Of a stretch of 64,000 nt of DNA, positions 19,214 through 29,893 are shown one piece after another. This DNA comes from Hyphomicrobium sp. Lineage in GTDB: Bacteria > Pseudomonadota > Alphaproteobacteria > Rhizobiales > Hyphomicrobiaceae. The translations under genes were made by a program, and so were the position numbers. How positions within the stretch are numbered: position 1 is the first letter of the stretch; every line of letters starts with the position of its first letter. The stretch is taken from positions 1,882 to 65,881 of the forward strand of contig PERL01000017.1 in assembly GCA_002928735.1 (NCBI GenBank), read 5' to 3'. Below the pieces are notes generated by a model. It was not told the DNA's origin, ran no database searches, and saw only the letters and a program-made list of their open reading frames with translations.

Positions 19214-20136
19214 GTCACGTCCGCGACCGGCGGCTTGCGGTTCTCACCCCACGCATAGAGCCCGACTCCCGCAAACACGAGCGCCGAGCCGATCGCGTCG
19301 ACCCACGTGAACGGCTCGCCTAAAATCCAAACGGCAAGCGCAATCGTCACCACTGGCGATACCGTCGAAATCATCGACACCGCCGCGCTCGAAATCCGCG
19401 CGAGCCCCGCGTTGATCAGAAACGTCGGCAGCACGGTTGCGATAATCGCGCAACCCGCCGACAGCCATAAAAACCGCGGGCTCGCCGCAAACGATCCACC
19501 GCTCACCACAACCTGATGCGCGATACAAAACACGCTAGCAGACGCCAGCGCCACCGCCGTGAACAGCGCACTCCCCATCGGCCCCATGAATCGCTTGGCA
19601 TAGATCTGATGCAGCGCGAACGAAACGGCAGCCCCTAGAACGAGCAGCGTCCCGATCACCGTATCGCGCCCACCCTCCGGCAGATCGATCGCGAACACGA
19701 TCCCGAGCCCCGTGTAGGTCACGCCCGCCGCCGCCAACCCCGACGCACGTATCTGCTCGCCATATAGCGCCGCACCGAAGAACATGACGAACAGCGGATA
19801 GGTGAACAGAACCAGCCGCTCCAGCTGGGCTGTAATGAACATGAGCCCCGCGAAATCGAATTGCGACGCCACGTAATAACCCAGAAAGCCGACGAACGAT
19901 GCCCGCGCATAATCTGCCGGCAAGGGCGAAGGCTCACCCCGCGCCCGCCGCTGCGCTAAGGCCCACACCCCGATCGCCACAAACACCGGCAACGAAAAAA
20001 TCATGCGATACGCCAGCATCAACGCCGCGTCCGCCTGCTCCTGATAAGCGAGCTTGATAAAGATCGCCTTGGTCGAAAAAAATGCCGCTCCCAGAGCGGC
20101 GAAAACAATGCCGAGAAAATGGTGACGGGCGGACAT
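19210..20136 (-). CDS. DMT superfamily (EamA-like) transporter
   Basis: 308 aa with about 10 TM helices in two EamA-type halves. Confidence 0.85.
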   Translation of the reverse strand: MSARHHFLGIVFAALGAAFFSTKAIFIKLAYQEQADAALMLAYRMIFSLPVFVAIGVWALAQRRARGEPSPLPADYARASFVGFLGYYVASQFDFAGLMFITAQLERLVLFTYPLFVMFFGAALYGEQIRASGLAAAGVTYTGLGIVFAIDLPEGGRDTVIGTLLVLGAAVSFALHQIYAKRFMGPMGSALFTAVALASASVFCIAHQVVVSGGSFAASPRFLWLSAGCAIIATVLPTFLINAGLARISSAAVSMISTVSPVVTIALAVWILGEPFTWVDAIGSALVFAGVGLYAWGENRKPPVADVT

Positions 20137-20214
20137 GCAAAAGCGGCCTGGGGCGGGGTTGAACGATCCTCATGCCCCAGGCCGCCGGTTTGGTCACCGT
20201 GGCGGATCGCGCGG

Positions 20215-20412
20215 CTATGACTCCTCGCGCGCCGGCTGCGGACCGGGCGCGCGGTCCGGCTTCCGGTTGGGATCGACCGGCGCCTCGAGCGGCCGGCCGA
20301 CACCCGGCGCCGGCGGCGCGATCTTGTCGACCTCATCACGGCGCGGATCAACGGCCGGCGTTTCACCGCCTGGATTTTCAGGATTGGTCGCGGGAATGGG
20401 CGTCCGGGTCAT
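20215..20412 (-). CDS. Small proline-rich hypothetical protein
   Basis: 65 aa from ATG 20412 with GAGGAG 6 nt upstream. The composition is low-complexity, so coding is uncertain. Confidence 0.35.
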   Translation of the reverse strand: MTRTPIPATNPENPGGETPAVDPRRDEVDKIAPPAPGVGRPLEAPVDPNRKPDRAPGPQPAREES

Positions 20413-20472
20413 GAGCATCTCCTCGCTAAGAGTGTGTGCGAGTTAAACGCCCGGCCATCCGCCCGGTTCCTG

Positions 20473-20925
20473 TCAGTGCCGCGGACCCGGCCCATTGAAA
20501 TACTGCGCCAACTCCGCATCGATCCGCTGCGCCGCCTGCCGCCAATCGCCGGCCCGCCCGACTGCAGGCGATTCCACCGTAATGACGGCCTCCTCGACCT
20601 CGCCCTCAGGCGCCGACGCTTCTGCTGCAGCGGGCGGCACTTGGCTCTGGACCGCATGTGACGGTGCGTCGATGGCAGCAAGCGTTTCGCGATGCGCCTC
20701 GCGAGCCGGAAGCGCGCACAAGCGCTGCGCCAGATGCTGCAGTTCGTTGACGATCGCCTCGCGCCGCAACTCATGCAGCATCGACACGCTGCGCACTTCC
20801 TTCAGCAACTGATCGTCAGCGCGGCGTATCGCTTCCGACAAGTCGCGCACGAGATCAAGCTCGTTGCGCGAGGTTTCATTGAGCCGGGTGAGAAGCTCGT
20901 GGACGTTCTGCGGCAGTGCGCTCAT
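20473..20925 (-). CDS. Hypothetical protein (helical N-terminal half)
   Basis: 150-aa ORF with protein-like composition. No family recognised. Confidence 0.5.
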   Translation of the reverse strand: MSALPQNVHELLTRLNETSRNELDLVRDLSEAIRRADDQLLKEVRSVSMLHELRREAIVNELQHLAQRLCALPAREAHRETLAAIDAPSHAVQSQVPPAAAEASAPEGEVEEAVITVESPAVGRAGDWRQAAQRIDAELAQYFNGPGPRH

Positions 20926-21036
20926 GGATGGTCCCTCGTGTCGTCATGCAGTCCGCCCCTTGGCATCGAAATCGCCTGATTCCAATGGCCGAAAAGTGTC
21001 CGCAAGAGGGATGCCTTAGAGCATAAGCCCCGCGTG

Positions 21037-21450
21037 TTACTCGATCTCGTAGCGCTGTTTCAGCTCTTTCGTCCGCTGCTCGGTCTTCTCCGTTTTGCAG
21101 CCGATGATCTCGACGGTGCGGCCCGAGCCGCCGGCCCAGAACTTCTCGACGTGATCCTCACATTCCGCATCGCGAAAGGCTATCCACGCCCGTTGCGAAG
21201 CCCTCAGCGCCTCTTCCCATGAGGCCTTATCGAACGGCTGTTCGTCCGTCGCCATTTCCGGAATCGAGGCAATCGCATCCTTGTAGACGCGGTTCAGCTC
21301 CGCATCCGCCTTTTCGAATTCCGCCCCCGCGCACGCATTCATCTCCATCGTCGACATCGCCTCGGTGCAATCGGCCGGAAGTGGCGGCTCGCCAGCAAAT
21401 GCGGCGCGCACTGCAACCAACATCATCAACACCAAGAGCCCGATCCGCAT
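21037..21450 (-). CDS. Lysozyme inhibitor LprI-like (DUF1311) periplasmic protein
   Basis: Signal peptide MRIGLLVLMMLVAVRAAFA, then ..MEMNACAGAEFEKADAELNRVYK..SQRAWIAFRDAEC... The start is at ATG 21450, immediately after the queF stop. Confidence 0.75.
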   Translation of the reverse strand: MRIGLLVLMMLVAVRAAFAGEPPLPADCTEAMSTMEMNACAGAEFEKADAELNRVYKDAIASIPEMATDEQPFDKASWEEALRASQRAWIAFRDAECEDHVEKFWAGGSGRTVEIIGCKTEKTEQRTKELKQRYEIE

Positions 21451-21451
21451 A

Positions 21452-21913
21452 TCACCCCCGTCCGCGATAGCTCGCGACACCCTGATCCGGCAGCCACACG
21501 CCCGCCGGCAACTCGCCCCGCTGCCAGAACACATCGATCGGCATGCCACCGCGCGGATACCAGTAGCCGCCGATGCGCAGGAAATGCGGATTGAGAAGGT
21601 CGGCAATCCGTTTGCCGATCGCCACCGTGCAGTCCTCATGGAATGCGCCGTGATTGCGGAACGCACCGAGGTACAGCTTCAACGACTTGCTCTCCACGAG
21701 ATAATCGCGCGGCACATAGTCGATGACGAGATGCGCGAAATCGGGCTGTCCCGTCACCGGGCAAAGCGACGTGAATTCCGGCTGCGTGAAGCGCGCCACA
21801 TAAAGGCTATCGGGATGCGGGTTCGGCACACGTTCTAGAACGGCCGTCTCCGGGCTCTCCGGCAGCGGCGTCTGTTGGCCAAGCTGCGTCACCGGCGGCG
21901 CTTCGCGTCCCAT
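21452..21913 (-). CDS. queF: NADPH-dependent 7-cyano-7-deazaguanine (preQ0) reductase
   Basis: ..[22 protein letters not shown]...[23 protein letters not shown].. is the QueF (type I) signature. Confidence 0.92.
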   Translation of the reverse strand: MGREAPPVTQLGQQTPLPESPETAVLERVPNPHPDSLYVARFTQPEFTSLCPVTGQPDFAHLVIDYVPRDYLVESKSLKLYLGAFRNHGAFHEDCTVAIGKRIADLLNPHFLRIGGYWYPRGGMPIDVFWQRGELPAGVWLPDQGVASYRGRG

Positions 21914-21916
21914 GTT

Positions 21917-22300
21917 CTACTCCGCCGCCCGCGCCAGTCTGTGCGGACCATTATAGATGACACCCTCGTGGCAGCTGTCGCGATGCACTTCGATTTGCGA
22001 AAGCCCCGGTACGCGATTGTCGATCCGCTCCCAGATCCACATGGCGATCCGCTCCAGCGTCGGCGCCGAGAGTCCCTCAACCTCGTTGAGCATCCGGTGG
22101 TCGAGCGCATCCTGACAATCCGTCAGCGCTGCCGAGAGATCGTCGAAATGGAACACGACGCCTGTCTCCGCATTCGGCTCGCCGTGGATCCAGACACGCG
22201 CCCGGAACGAATGCCCGTGGATGCGGGAATTCGGATGGCCCGGAGGCGCGGACGGCAGGAAGTGGGCCGCCTCGAACAGAAAATCGCGATAGATGCGCAT
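21917..22300 (-). CDS. queD: 6-carboxy-5,6,7,8-tetrahydropterin synthase
   Basis: ..FLFEAAHFLP......RIHGHSFRARVWI..LNEV.. matches the PTPS/QueD family. The start is at ATG 22300; the track ORF extends to 22354. Confidence 0.88.
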   Translation of the reverse strand: MRIYRDFLFEAAHFLPSAPPGHPNSRIHGHSFRARVWIHGEPNAETGVVFHFDDLSAALTDCQDALDHRMLNEVEGLSAPTLERIAMWIWERIDNRVPGLSQIEVHRDSCHEGVIYNGPHRLARAAE

Positions 22301-22383
22301 GGGGGAAGGGGAATAGAGGCCACGAGCCGCACATGCAAGGGGACCCGTCGCCACGGTAAATGGGTGGCCGGCAGGGGCGGATA

Positions 22384-23013
22384 TCAGGGGATGCCGAGAA
22401 CTTTGTGGGTCTGGACCGACAGCCGCCAGGGCGGATTGGCTTTGCAGTAGGCAATGGCCGCCAGCGTATTGGCGGCTTGATCCGGACCGTCCATCGGCTG
22501 CAGGAAGCGGTGTTCGAATTCCAGCAGCTGATACTGCGCCGGGTCGATCCCCGCCTGCGGATAGACGAGCTTCAACTCATCCCCCCACAGCTGCACCAGC
22601 GGTTGCCCGGCCTTCGGGCTGACGCAGACCCAGTCGATCCCGTCCGGCACCGCCAGCGTCCCATTGGTCTCGATCGCGATCGAAAACCCGCGTCCGTGCA
22701 GCGCATCGATGAGGTCCTGATCGACCTGCAACATGGGCTCCCCGCCGGTCAACACGACCATCGCCGGTCCATACGATGCCGTCACCGCCGTGCGGCAGGC
22801 CCGCGCCAGTGCATCCGCAGTCTCGAACTTGCCGCCGCCGGGCCCGTCCGTCCCGACGAAATCCGTATCGCAAAAGCGGCACTTCGCCGTCGCCCGGTCC
22901 TCTTCCCGCCCCGACCATAAATTGCAGCCAGCAAAACGGCAGAACACGGCCGGCGTGCCCGCGTTCGCGCCCTCGCCCTGCAGCGTGTAGAAGATTTCCT
23001 TGACCTGATACAT
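22384..23013 (-). CDS. queE: 7-carboxy-7-deazaguanine synthase (radical SAM)
   Basis: MYQVKEIFYTLQGEGANAGTPAVFCRFAGCNLW.. is the QueE N-terminus with a CxxxCxxW-type cluster motif. The start is at ATG 23013. Confidence 0.9.
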   Translation of the reverse strand: MYQVKEIFYTLQGEGANAGTPAVFCRFAGCNLWSGREEDRATAKCRFCDTDFVGTDGPGGGKFETADALARACRTAVTASYGPAMVVLTGGEPMLQVDQDLIDALHGRGFSIAIETNGTLAVPDGIDWVCVSPKAGQPLVQLWGDELKLVYPQAGIDPAQYQLLEFEHRFLQPMDGPDQAANTLAAIAYCKANPPWRLSVQTHKVLGIP

Positions 23014-23065
23014 GCGCTCACACGTAGCGAGACCGGGCACAGTGTCAAGCAGACGAGGGGGCTAC

Positions 23066-23773
23066 ATGCAGCCGCAAGCGCGCACCTACAAATACTTCGA
23101 CCTCGTCATGGTCGCCTTCGTGGTCGTCCTCGTCTGTTCCAATCTGATCGGACCGGCCAAAGCTGCCCAAATCGACCTGCCACTTTTAGGTGCCGTAACC
23201 TTCGGCGCCGGCGTCCTCTTCTTCCCCATCTCCTACATCTTCGGCGATATTCTCACCGAGGTTTACGGATATTCCCGCGCCCGCCGCGTCATCTGGACGG
23301 GGTTCGCGGCCCTCATCTTCGCCGCCATCATGGCTGCCGTCATCGTGGCGCTGCCGCCCGCCCCCACTTGGGAAAATCAGAAGGTGTATGAAATCGCCTT
23401 CGGCAACACCTGGCGCATCGCGGGCGCCTCCATGATCGCCTACTTCTGCGGTGAATTCGTCAATTCCTATGTGTTGGCCAAGATGAAGGTCGCCACCGCC
23501 GGCCGCTATATGCGCACGCGCTTCGTCGCCTCCACGGTCGCAGGCGAAGCGGTCGACAGCGCGATCTTCTATCCCCTCGCGTTCTGGAATTCCGGCATCA
23601 TGCCCAACGAATTGGTGCTGACCTTGGTTGTTTCGCAGTTCATTGCCAAGACGGGTGTCGAAATCGCCTTCCTGCCCATCACGACCCGCATCGTCACGGC
23701 ACTCAAGAAGGCCGAGCAGGAAGACCACTACGACCGCGACACCAACTTTAGTCCGTTCGCAGTGAAGGAGTGA
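23066..23773 (+). CDS. yhhQ: Queuosine-precursor transporter (YhhQ/DUF165, VUT family)
   Basis: ..FFPISYIFGDILTEVYGYSRARRVIWTGF.. in a multi-TM protein, divergent from queE. The start is at ATG 23066 (GAGGGGG upstream). Confidence 0.85.
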   Translation: MQPQARTYKYFDLVMVAFVVVLVCSNLIGPAKAAQIDLPLLGAVTFGAGVLFFPISYIFGDILTEVYGYSRARRVIWTGFAALIFAAIMAAVIVALPPAPTWENQKVYEIAFGNTWRIAGASMIAYFCGEFVNSYVLAKMKVATAGRYMRTRFVASTVAGEAVDSAIFYPLAFWNSGIMPNELVLTLVVSQFIAKTGVEIAFLPITTRIVTALKKAEQEDHYDRDTNFSPFAVKE

Positions 23774-23928
23774 ACGATCCCGCGTTTATCAATGAGCTCG
23801 AATGCAGTGCGTACACCCGCCGGTGCTTCCGGCAATTCGCCATTGAACGGCAAGAGCGAGGCCAGAACCGCAAGCGCGGCGGCCGTGTGAATCAGGTGGC
23901 GGAGAGGGCTCTGGCAGACTGAAAGCAT
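23728..23928 (-). CDS. Possible 66-aa small secreted protein
   Basis: ATG 23928 has AAGGGAG 7 nt upstream and the N-terminus is hydrophobic. The 3' end overlaps the yhhQ 3' end by 46 nt, so this is doubtful. Confidence 0.25.
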   Translation of the reverse strand: MLSVCQSPLRHLIHTAAALAVLASLLPFNGELPEAPAGVRTAFELIDKRGIVHSFTANGLKLVSRS

Positions 23929-24027
23929 GGCACGCTCCCTTGATTGGGATACGCGTATCGTCGGGCATTTGGCACCCGCTGTCGGTTCCGCGCGGCACAT
24001 CGGCGGCGCATTTACGCTTTGTTGACC

Positions 24028-25140
24028 ATGCCTCGTAGGCTGAAACTAACCAGACGCGGTGTATACGGCCTGTCAGTCGGATGGTGGGCCGGAACCGTGC
24101 AAAACCTCACAGTCAAGAATGTCGTGCTGGCCTTCGTGGCGCTGAATGTGATCAGCGTCGTGACGACCCCTCTCATGTTCACGAACATGACGGCGGTTAG
24201 CACGGTGCAAGAGGCTGCGCGCTCAGCCGAAAGAAAAGCCACCCACGACGAAATGGTGCGCCGCCTGAGCAAAGATCAGGGGCAGGCCAGCCAGTCCAAA
24301 CAGCCCGCCGTCGTCAAGGTTCTCGATCTGCCCGACAGCGAAACGCTAAGGTTCAACGAAACAACCTTCGTCGATCTCGGCTGGCGTCAAACGGCCGGTC
24401 ATAATGGCGAATGGGTTGGCCATATCGGGTCTGACGCCGAATATCTGCCGCTCAGCGCGGAACAGATCGCCGGCATCTTGAAGGAAGCTCAGCTGAAGTC
24501 GCTCCCGCTACCGCCCGCGCCGCGCGCCGTCACGACGGGCGGTGAACCAGCGACCGCCCCGCCTGCCGCTGAAGAGATCGATCTCGCAGTCAGCGAGTCG
24601 CTGCGCAACATCGAGAAAGCCTTTGGCGATTTCGACCGGCAACCGGCGGCCGGCAAGGGTGCCGAGTGGGTTGATCAACTCGGTTCTGACGCCGAAAATC
24701 TGCCGTTCAGCTCTGACCACATCGCCGGCCTTTTGAAAGATGACCTGCAGCCGCTGGCGCTCCCACCCGTGCCGCCCGCCGTCACGCCGCGAGAAAAACC
24801 AGCGCCAGCGCCGCCCGCATCCAACGGGATCGATCTCCTCGGTTTCATCCCAATCCTGCTGGGCATCTTCTTCATGATGTACATTCGATATCGCATCACT
24901 CGAGCGACGTTGGACGCAGCGCAAAGCGCAACCGGAATGATTCAACGCGCGCTATCGGATCTCTTCTCATCCTCGAAAGCCACCGCGCCAGCTAAGCCGA
25001 TTGCCACCCAGGCCGCAGCTGCGAACGACTATTCGCCAGCCGCCGTGAAGGCAGCAGTCAAAAAATCCGACAACAAAAAGAAGGGCACAGTCGTGCGCCC
25101 CGCTCCCGGACTATTCGGCTTCTTGTCCGGTGCCCGCTGA
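24028..25140 (+). CDS. Bitopic membrane protein with two copies of a GEWVG-x-(I/L)GSD module (unknown family)
   Basis: N- and C-terminal TM helices. The internal duplication is ..FVDLGWRQTAGHNGEWVGHIGSDAEYLPLSAEQIAGILK..LPLPPAP.. and ..GKGAEWVDQLGSDAENLPFSSDHIAGLLK..LALPPVP... The start is at ATG 24028. Confidence 0.65.
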   Translation: MPRRLKLTRRGVYGLSVGWWAGTVQNLTVKNVVLAFVALNVISVVTTPLMFTNMTAVSTVQEAARSAERKATHDEMVRRLSKDQGQASQSKQPAVVKVLDLPDSETLRFNETTFVDLGWRQTAGHNGEWVGHIGSDAEYLPLSAEQIAGILKEAQLKSLPLPPAPRAVTTGGEPATAPPAAEEIDLAVSESLRNIEKAFGDFDRQPAAGKGAEWVDQLGSDAENLPFSSDHIAGLLKDDLQPLALPPVPPAVTPREKPAPAPPASNGIDLLGFIPILLGIFFMMYIRYRITRATLDAAQSATGMIQRALSDLFSSSKATAPAKPIATQAAAANDYSPAAVKAAVKKSDNKKKGTVVRPAPGLFGFLSGAR

Positions 25141-25877
25141 TGATCAAGTTAGTCTCAAAAACATCGACGCTCCTCGTCATTGCTGCAGTGGCACTCAGCG
25201 CACCGCTCGACAACGCGGAGGCCAAGCGCCGCATCGGCGGATCCTGGGGCTTCACATCAAAAAAGGCGCCCAAAGCGGAGAAAAACCGCAACGGGACCTC
25301 TTTGCCGATCGTCATTCCCGGTGTCGCGTTGGGATCATCGACGAAAAAGCCGATCGAGGTTGTAAAAGTCGCCGATCTTCCCAACGTCGCCGATTTCCAG
25401 CGCGAAGATGGCTCCTACGTCGATCTCGGCTGGCGATTTCTGGGTGAGACGGATGGCGAATGGGTCGGCTACATCGGCTCAGACCATGACTATCTGACCG
25501 TGTCGCCCGAACAGCTGACGGCCATCATGCAGATTGCCGGCATCGAAAAATTACCTGAGCCGCCAAAGCGCCGGGGTCACTTCGCAAACGGCGGGCAGTC
25601 GGCCAAAGAAAGCAGCGGCGATCATGGCAACTTTGGGAGCGCGCTTTGGACGCTCCTCTTGGCCGCCGCGTCTGTGTTCGTCCTCCGCGTGGCGCGCCGC
25701 TACCTGTTGCCCGATGATCAGGTCGGCGAAGCCAAGGGGGCAGCGGAAGTGGCCGCGGACTGGATGACCACGGCCGAGACCCGCATGGCGCCGGCCGGCG
25801 GACCAAGGACGTCCTCGCCGATGCGCGCCTCCACAGTTGTCCGCGGCGGATCATCCGCCTTCGGCCGTCGCGCCTAG
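25140..25877 (+). CDS. Paralogue of the preceding gene (signal peptide, one GEWVG-x-IGSD module, C-terminal TM)
   Basis: ..[44 protein letters not shown].. is present. The start overlaps the stop of 24028-25140. Confidence 0.65.
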   Translation: MIKLVSKTSTLLVIAAVALSAPLDNAEAKRRIGGSWGFTSKKAPKAEKNRNGTSLPIVIPGVALGSSTKKPIEVVKVADLPNVADFQREDGSYVDLGWRFLGETDGEWVGYIGSDHDYLTVSPEQLTAIMQIAGIEKLPEPPKRRGHFANGGQSAKESSGDHGNFGSALWTLLLAAASVFVLRVARRYLLPDDQVGEAKGAAEVAADWMTTAETRMAPAGGPRTSSPMRASTVVRGGSSAFGRRA

Positions 25878-26599
25878 AGCGCGTGAAGCCCTCGCCACTG
25901 CAAGTATCCCTTGGCGCGCAATTGGCAGGCCGGGCACGCGCCGCAGCCGTAACCCCAGGCATGCTTGTGGGTCCGGTCGCCGAGATAGCACGTGTGCGAA
26001 TGCGCGATCACGATGTCGGTCAGCGCCGCGCCGCCCAGTGTCTCGGCCATCGCCCACGTCCCGGCTTTGTCGACGAACATCAGCGGCGTCTCAATGGCGA
26101 GCGGATAATCAAGACCGCGCGAGAGTGCGTCCTGCATCGCCGTCATCGTCGCCTGCCGGCAATCGGGATAGCCGGAATAGTCCGTCTCGCACATGCCGCC
26201 GACGAGCGTGTGGATACCGCGGCGGTAGGCGAGTGCCGCCGCATAGGTGAGAAACAAAAGATTGCGTCCGGGCACGAACGTGTTCGGCAGCCCGTTCACT
26301 TCGAATGCGATCTCGCGGTCGCGCGTCAGCGCGGTTTCAGAAAGCCGACCCAGTTCCGGCAACGCAATCATCGTATCGGGTCCAAGCCGAGCGCCCCAAT
26401 CGCCGAGCTTTGCGATCTCGTCGCGAATGATCCCGCGCTGGGCGAGTTCCACCTCATGCCTCTGCCCGTACTGGAAGCCGACCGTCTCGACGTGCTGATA
26501 TCGCTGCAACGCCCATGCGAGGCAGACCGTCGAATCCTGACCGCCGGAGAACAAGACGAGCGCGGAGGGGGCGGCGGTCACGTCGGTCATCTCCTTCAA
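25874..26599 (-). CDS. queC: 7-cyano-7-deazaguanine synthase
   Basis: ..[19 protein letters not shown].. PP-loop and the C-terminal Zn cysteine cluster (..CYLGDR...[13 protein letters not shown]..). Confidence 0.92.
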   Translation of the reverse strand: MKEMTDVTAAPSALVLFSGGQDSTVCLAWALQRYQHVETVGFQYGQRHEVELAQRGIIRDEIAKLGDWGARLGPDTMIALPELGRLSETALTRDREIAFEVNGLPNTFVPGRNLLFLTYAAALAYRRGIHTLVGGMCETDYSGYPDCRQATMTAMQDALSRGLDYPLAIETPLMFVDKAGTWAMAETLGGAALTDIVIAHSHTCYLGDRTHKHAWGYGCGACPACQLRAKGYLQWRGLHAL

Positions 26600-26767
26600 C
26601 TTTGGTGCAAGTCGCGCGGGCGGGAGTGAGGCGTCACTGCCCGTCCGGGTAGGGCAATGTCGCCCTCGGGGGCTTTGCAGTCGTCACATCGGAAGGCTAC
26701 AACCCGGCGCAGATTCACGCGAGGGGGATTGGACTTGGATGTCCACCGGCCTCGATCATGAGAATAG

Positions 26768-28063
<1,296 letters not shown>

Positions 28064-28085
28064 CTCTCCAGAGGTTTTGGCGGAG

Positions 28086-29003
28086 CTAGTGCGCCATCAG
28101 CACCGGCAGCCGCAAGTCGTTGACGACCGCACGCGTTGCTCCGCCAAACAGGAATTCCCGCCACGCCGAACGGCCATATGCACCCATGACGAGCAGATCG
28201 CCGCCTGCGGCCAGCGCCGCCGTCTGCAGGCTTGAACTGTCGCGTTCCTCAAACGGCGACACACGTACATTCGGGTTGTGGCGCCGCAGATAGTCTTCGA
28301 TGTCGGCCCGGGGACGCCGGGTCACGCTGGGCAGAGCATCGCGCTGCTGTCCCAGCAGGACGATAACGTTCTCGGCGCGCTCAATCAGCGGCAACGCGGC
28401 GTGGACCGCTGCAGCGGATTGGCGACTATGGTTCCAGGCAACGACGATGCATTTGCCGAAAAGCTTAGCCCCCGTCTGCGGCACGATGATTGTCGGAGTT
28501 CCGGCCGTAATAGCGCATTCCTCCACGAGGTCTCCGCCGCGCCCATCCAGACTACCGCCCGCGTCGACAAAGAGCGCGTCATGCACGCGACCCGCCAAAC
28601 AGAGAAGTTCGTTCGAATTTCCTTCTGCAACTTCGAACGACCCGGCGACGCCAGCGTCCGCGCAGGCCTTGAGAAACTGGTCTTGGGTCGCCCGGACAAG
28701 CGGCGCATCCCGGGCCTCCGCTTCCCGCGCAGCCGCGCTGTCCGGCCCGATCACGAGCTTCAGCATGGCCAACTCGCGCATGGCGTAAAGGCCGGTCAAC
28801 GACGCTTCGAAAGTCTTTGCCACCGATAGCGCCGAAGCCAACGCGGCACTGTTTTCAGTGTGCGGCTTCAAATGGACGAGCAGCGATTTCCATGTCACGG
28901 CGAGATCCTCCCCCGGTCGAACTGAGACGGACATGGAGATGACCTGCCATGTCGACAAGATCGCGTGCCAGCAGCGCTTGAAAGTAATACTGACGGACAT
29001 CAT
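28086..29003 (-). CDS. Tandem universal stress protein (UspA) domain protein
   Basis: Two USP halves; the C-terminal ..GGDLLVMGAYGRSAWREFLFGGATRAVV.. is typical. Start choice (29003, 29000 or 28934) is uncertain. Confidence 0.8.
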   Translation of the reverse strand: MMSVSITFKRCWHAILSTWQVISMSVSVRPGEDLAVTWKSLLVHLKPHTENSAALASALSVAKTFEASLTGLYAMRELAMLKLVIGPDSAAAREAEARDAPLVRATQDQFLKACADAGVAGSFEVAEGNSNELLCLAGRVHDALFVDAGGSLDGRGGDLVEECAITAGTPTIIVPQTGAKLFGKCIVVAWNHSRQSAAAVHAALPLIERAENVIVLLGQQRDALPSVTRRPRADIEDYLRRHNPNVRVSPFEERDSSSLQTAALAAGGDLLVMGAYGRSAWREFLFGGATRAVVNDLRLPVLMAH

Positions 29004-29143
29004 CGCTGCCCGCCGAATTCAGCCGGCGTCAAAAAATCGTACGCAGCTTTACCTGCCCTTAAGTGGTCGCGGCCTACAACACACGTGTTCCCGGTTTTCA
29101 TATGCTGCGTAGCCACGAACACCAACGGTATCGCGTACAACCG

Positions 29144-29446
29144 ATGTATGATTGGCGATCGAGGGTCCGACAGGTTTTTGTGCTGCTTTCAAGCCTGTGC
29201 GCGACGGCCTACTTCTCCCATCACGCAATTCACGGACGGCATGGTCTCGAGGCGCGCTCAGCGCTAGTCGAGCGGACGGATCTCGTCGAATTCGAGATCC
29301 GCAGTCTCGAGACTGTGCGCGCCCGCCTCCGCCATGACGTGGCGCTGCTAACCCCAGAAAAGCCCGATCCTGATCTCGTCGAAGAACTGGCGCGCGACGT
29401 GCTGGGCTATGTTCATCCGGCTGATCGCGTGATCATGAGCCGCTGA
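29144..29446 (+). CDS. ftsB: Septum formation initiator (FtsB/DivIC family)
   Basis: A TM helix followed by a coiled coil (..GLEARSALVERTDLVEFEIRSLETVRARL..DPDLVEELARDVLGYVHP..), in the conserved position after eno. The start (29144 vs 29102/29063) is uncertain. Confidence 0.7.
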   Translation: MYDWRSRVRQVFVLLSSLCATAYFSHHAIHGRHGLEARSALVERTDLVEFEIRSLETVRARLRHDVALLTPEKPDPDLVEELARDVLGYVHPADRVIMSR

Positions 29447-29456
29447 CCGCACACGC

Positions 29457-29789
29457 TCAAACCGCCTTTTCGCCGAAAACGATCGCCCAGATGTAAACCG
29501 GCAAGCGCCGGTCCGACCGATCGACGCCAAGCCGCCGCGCAAGGGCCATTCCACGGCGGTCGGCATCCTCTAAAGCAAGCGCGAACTTTTCATCCGACAA
29601 TCCTTTCAGACTGTCGGGACGCGTGGCATCAGCATAATCCCTCACCGTCAATGTCGAGGTTGGGTTCGTGCGCACGAAGTCTTCCATCAAAAAAGTGGCC
29701 CCGCCGGCTCCGGCGACATGCCGGAGAGCCATGAGGTGAAGGAACGCATGTGCTACGGGGAAGGTCCACAATCGGCCACCTGGGAACAT
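29457..29789 (-). CDS. Hypothetical protein
   Basis: About 110 aa from ATG 29789 with a protein-like C-terminal half. No family recognised. Confidence 0.3.
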   Translation of the reverse strand: MFPGGRLWTFPVAHAFLHLMALRHVAGAGGATFLMEDFVRTNPTSTLTVRDYADATRPDSLKGLSDEKFALALEDADRRGMALARRLGVDRSDRRLPVYIWAIVFGEKAV

Positions 29790-29893
29790 TACGATGTGGA
29801 AAATATGACTGCCGCCGACGACCGAACCGCGAGAGCGTAACGACAATTTGGATACCCCGGCTTGCGATCTGCGGCGGGCTGTCGCAGTATCGT

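Noticed and set aside
23013-23066. preQ1 riboswitch upstream of the yhhQ-type transporter
   Set aside because: Only 52 nt separate the divergent starts. I see no preQ1-I-like hairpin followed by an A-rich tail.
25874-26599. QueC as a QatC-like component of a Qat-type defence system
   Set aside because: It sits with queD, queE, queF and a yhhQ transporter, i.e. the housekeeping queuosine pathway. No QatA/B/D-like ATPase or TatD partners are present.
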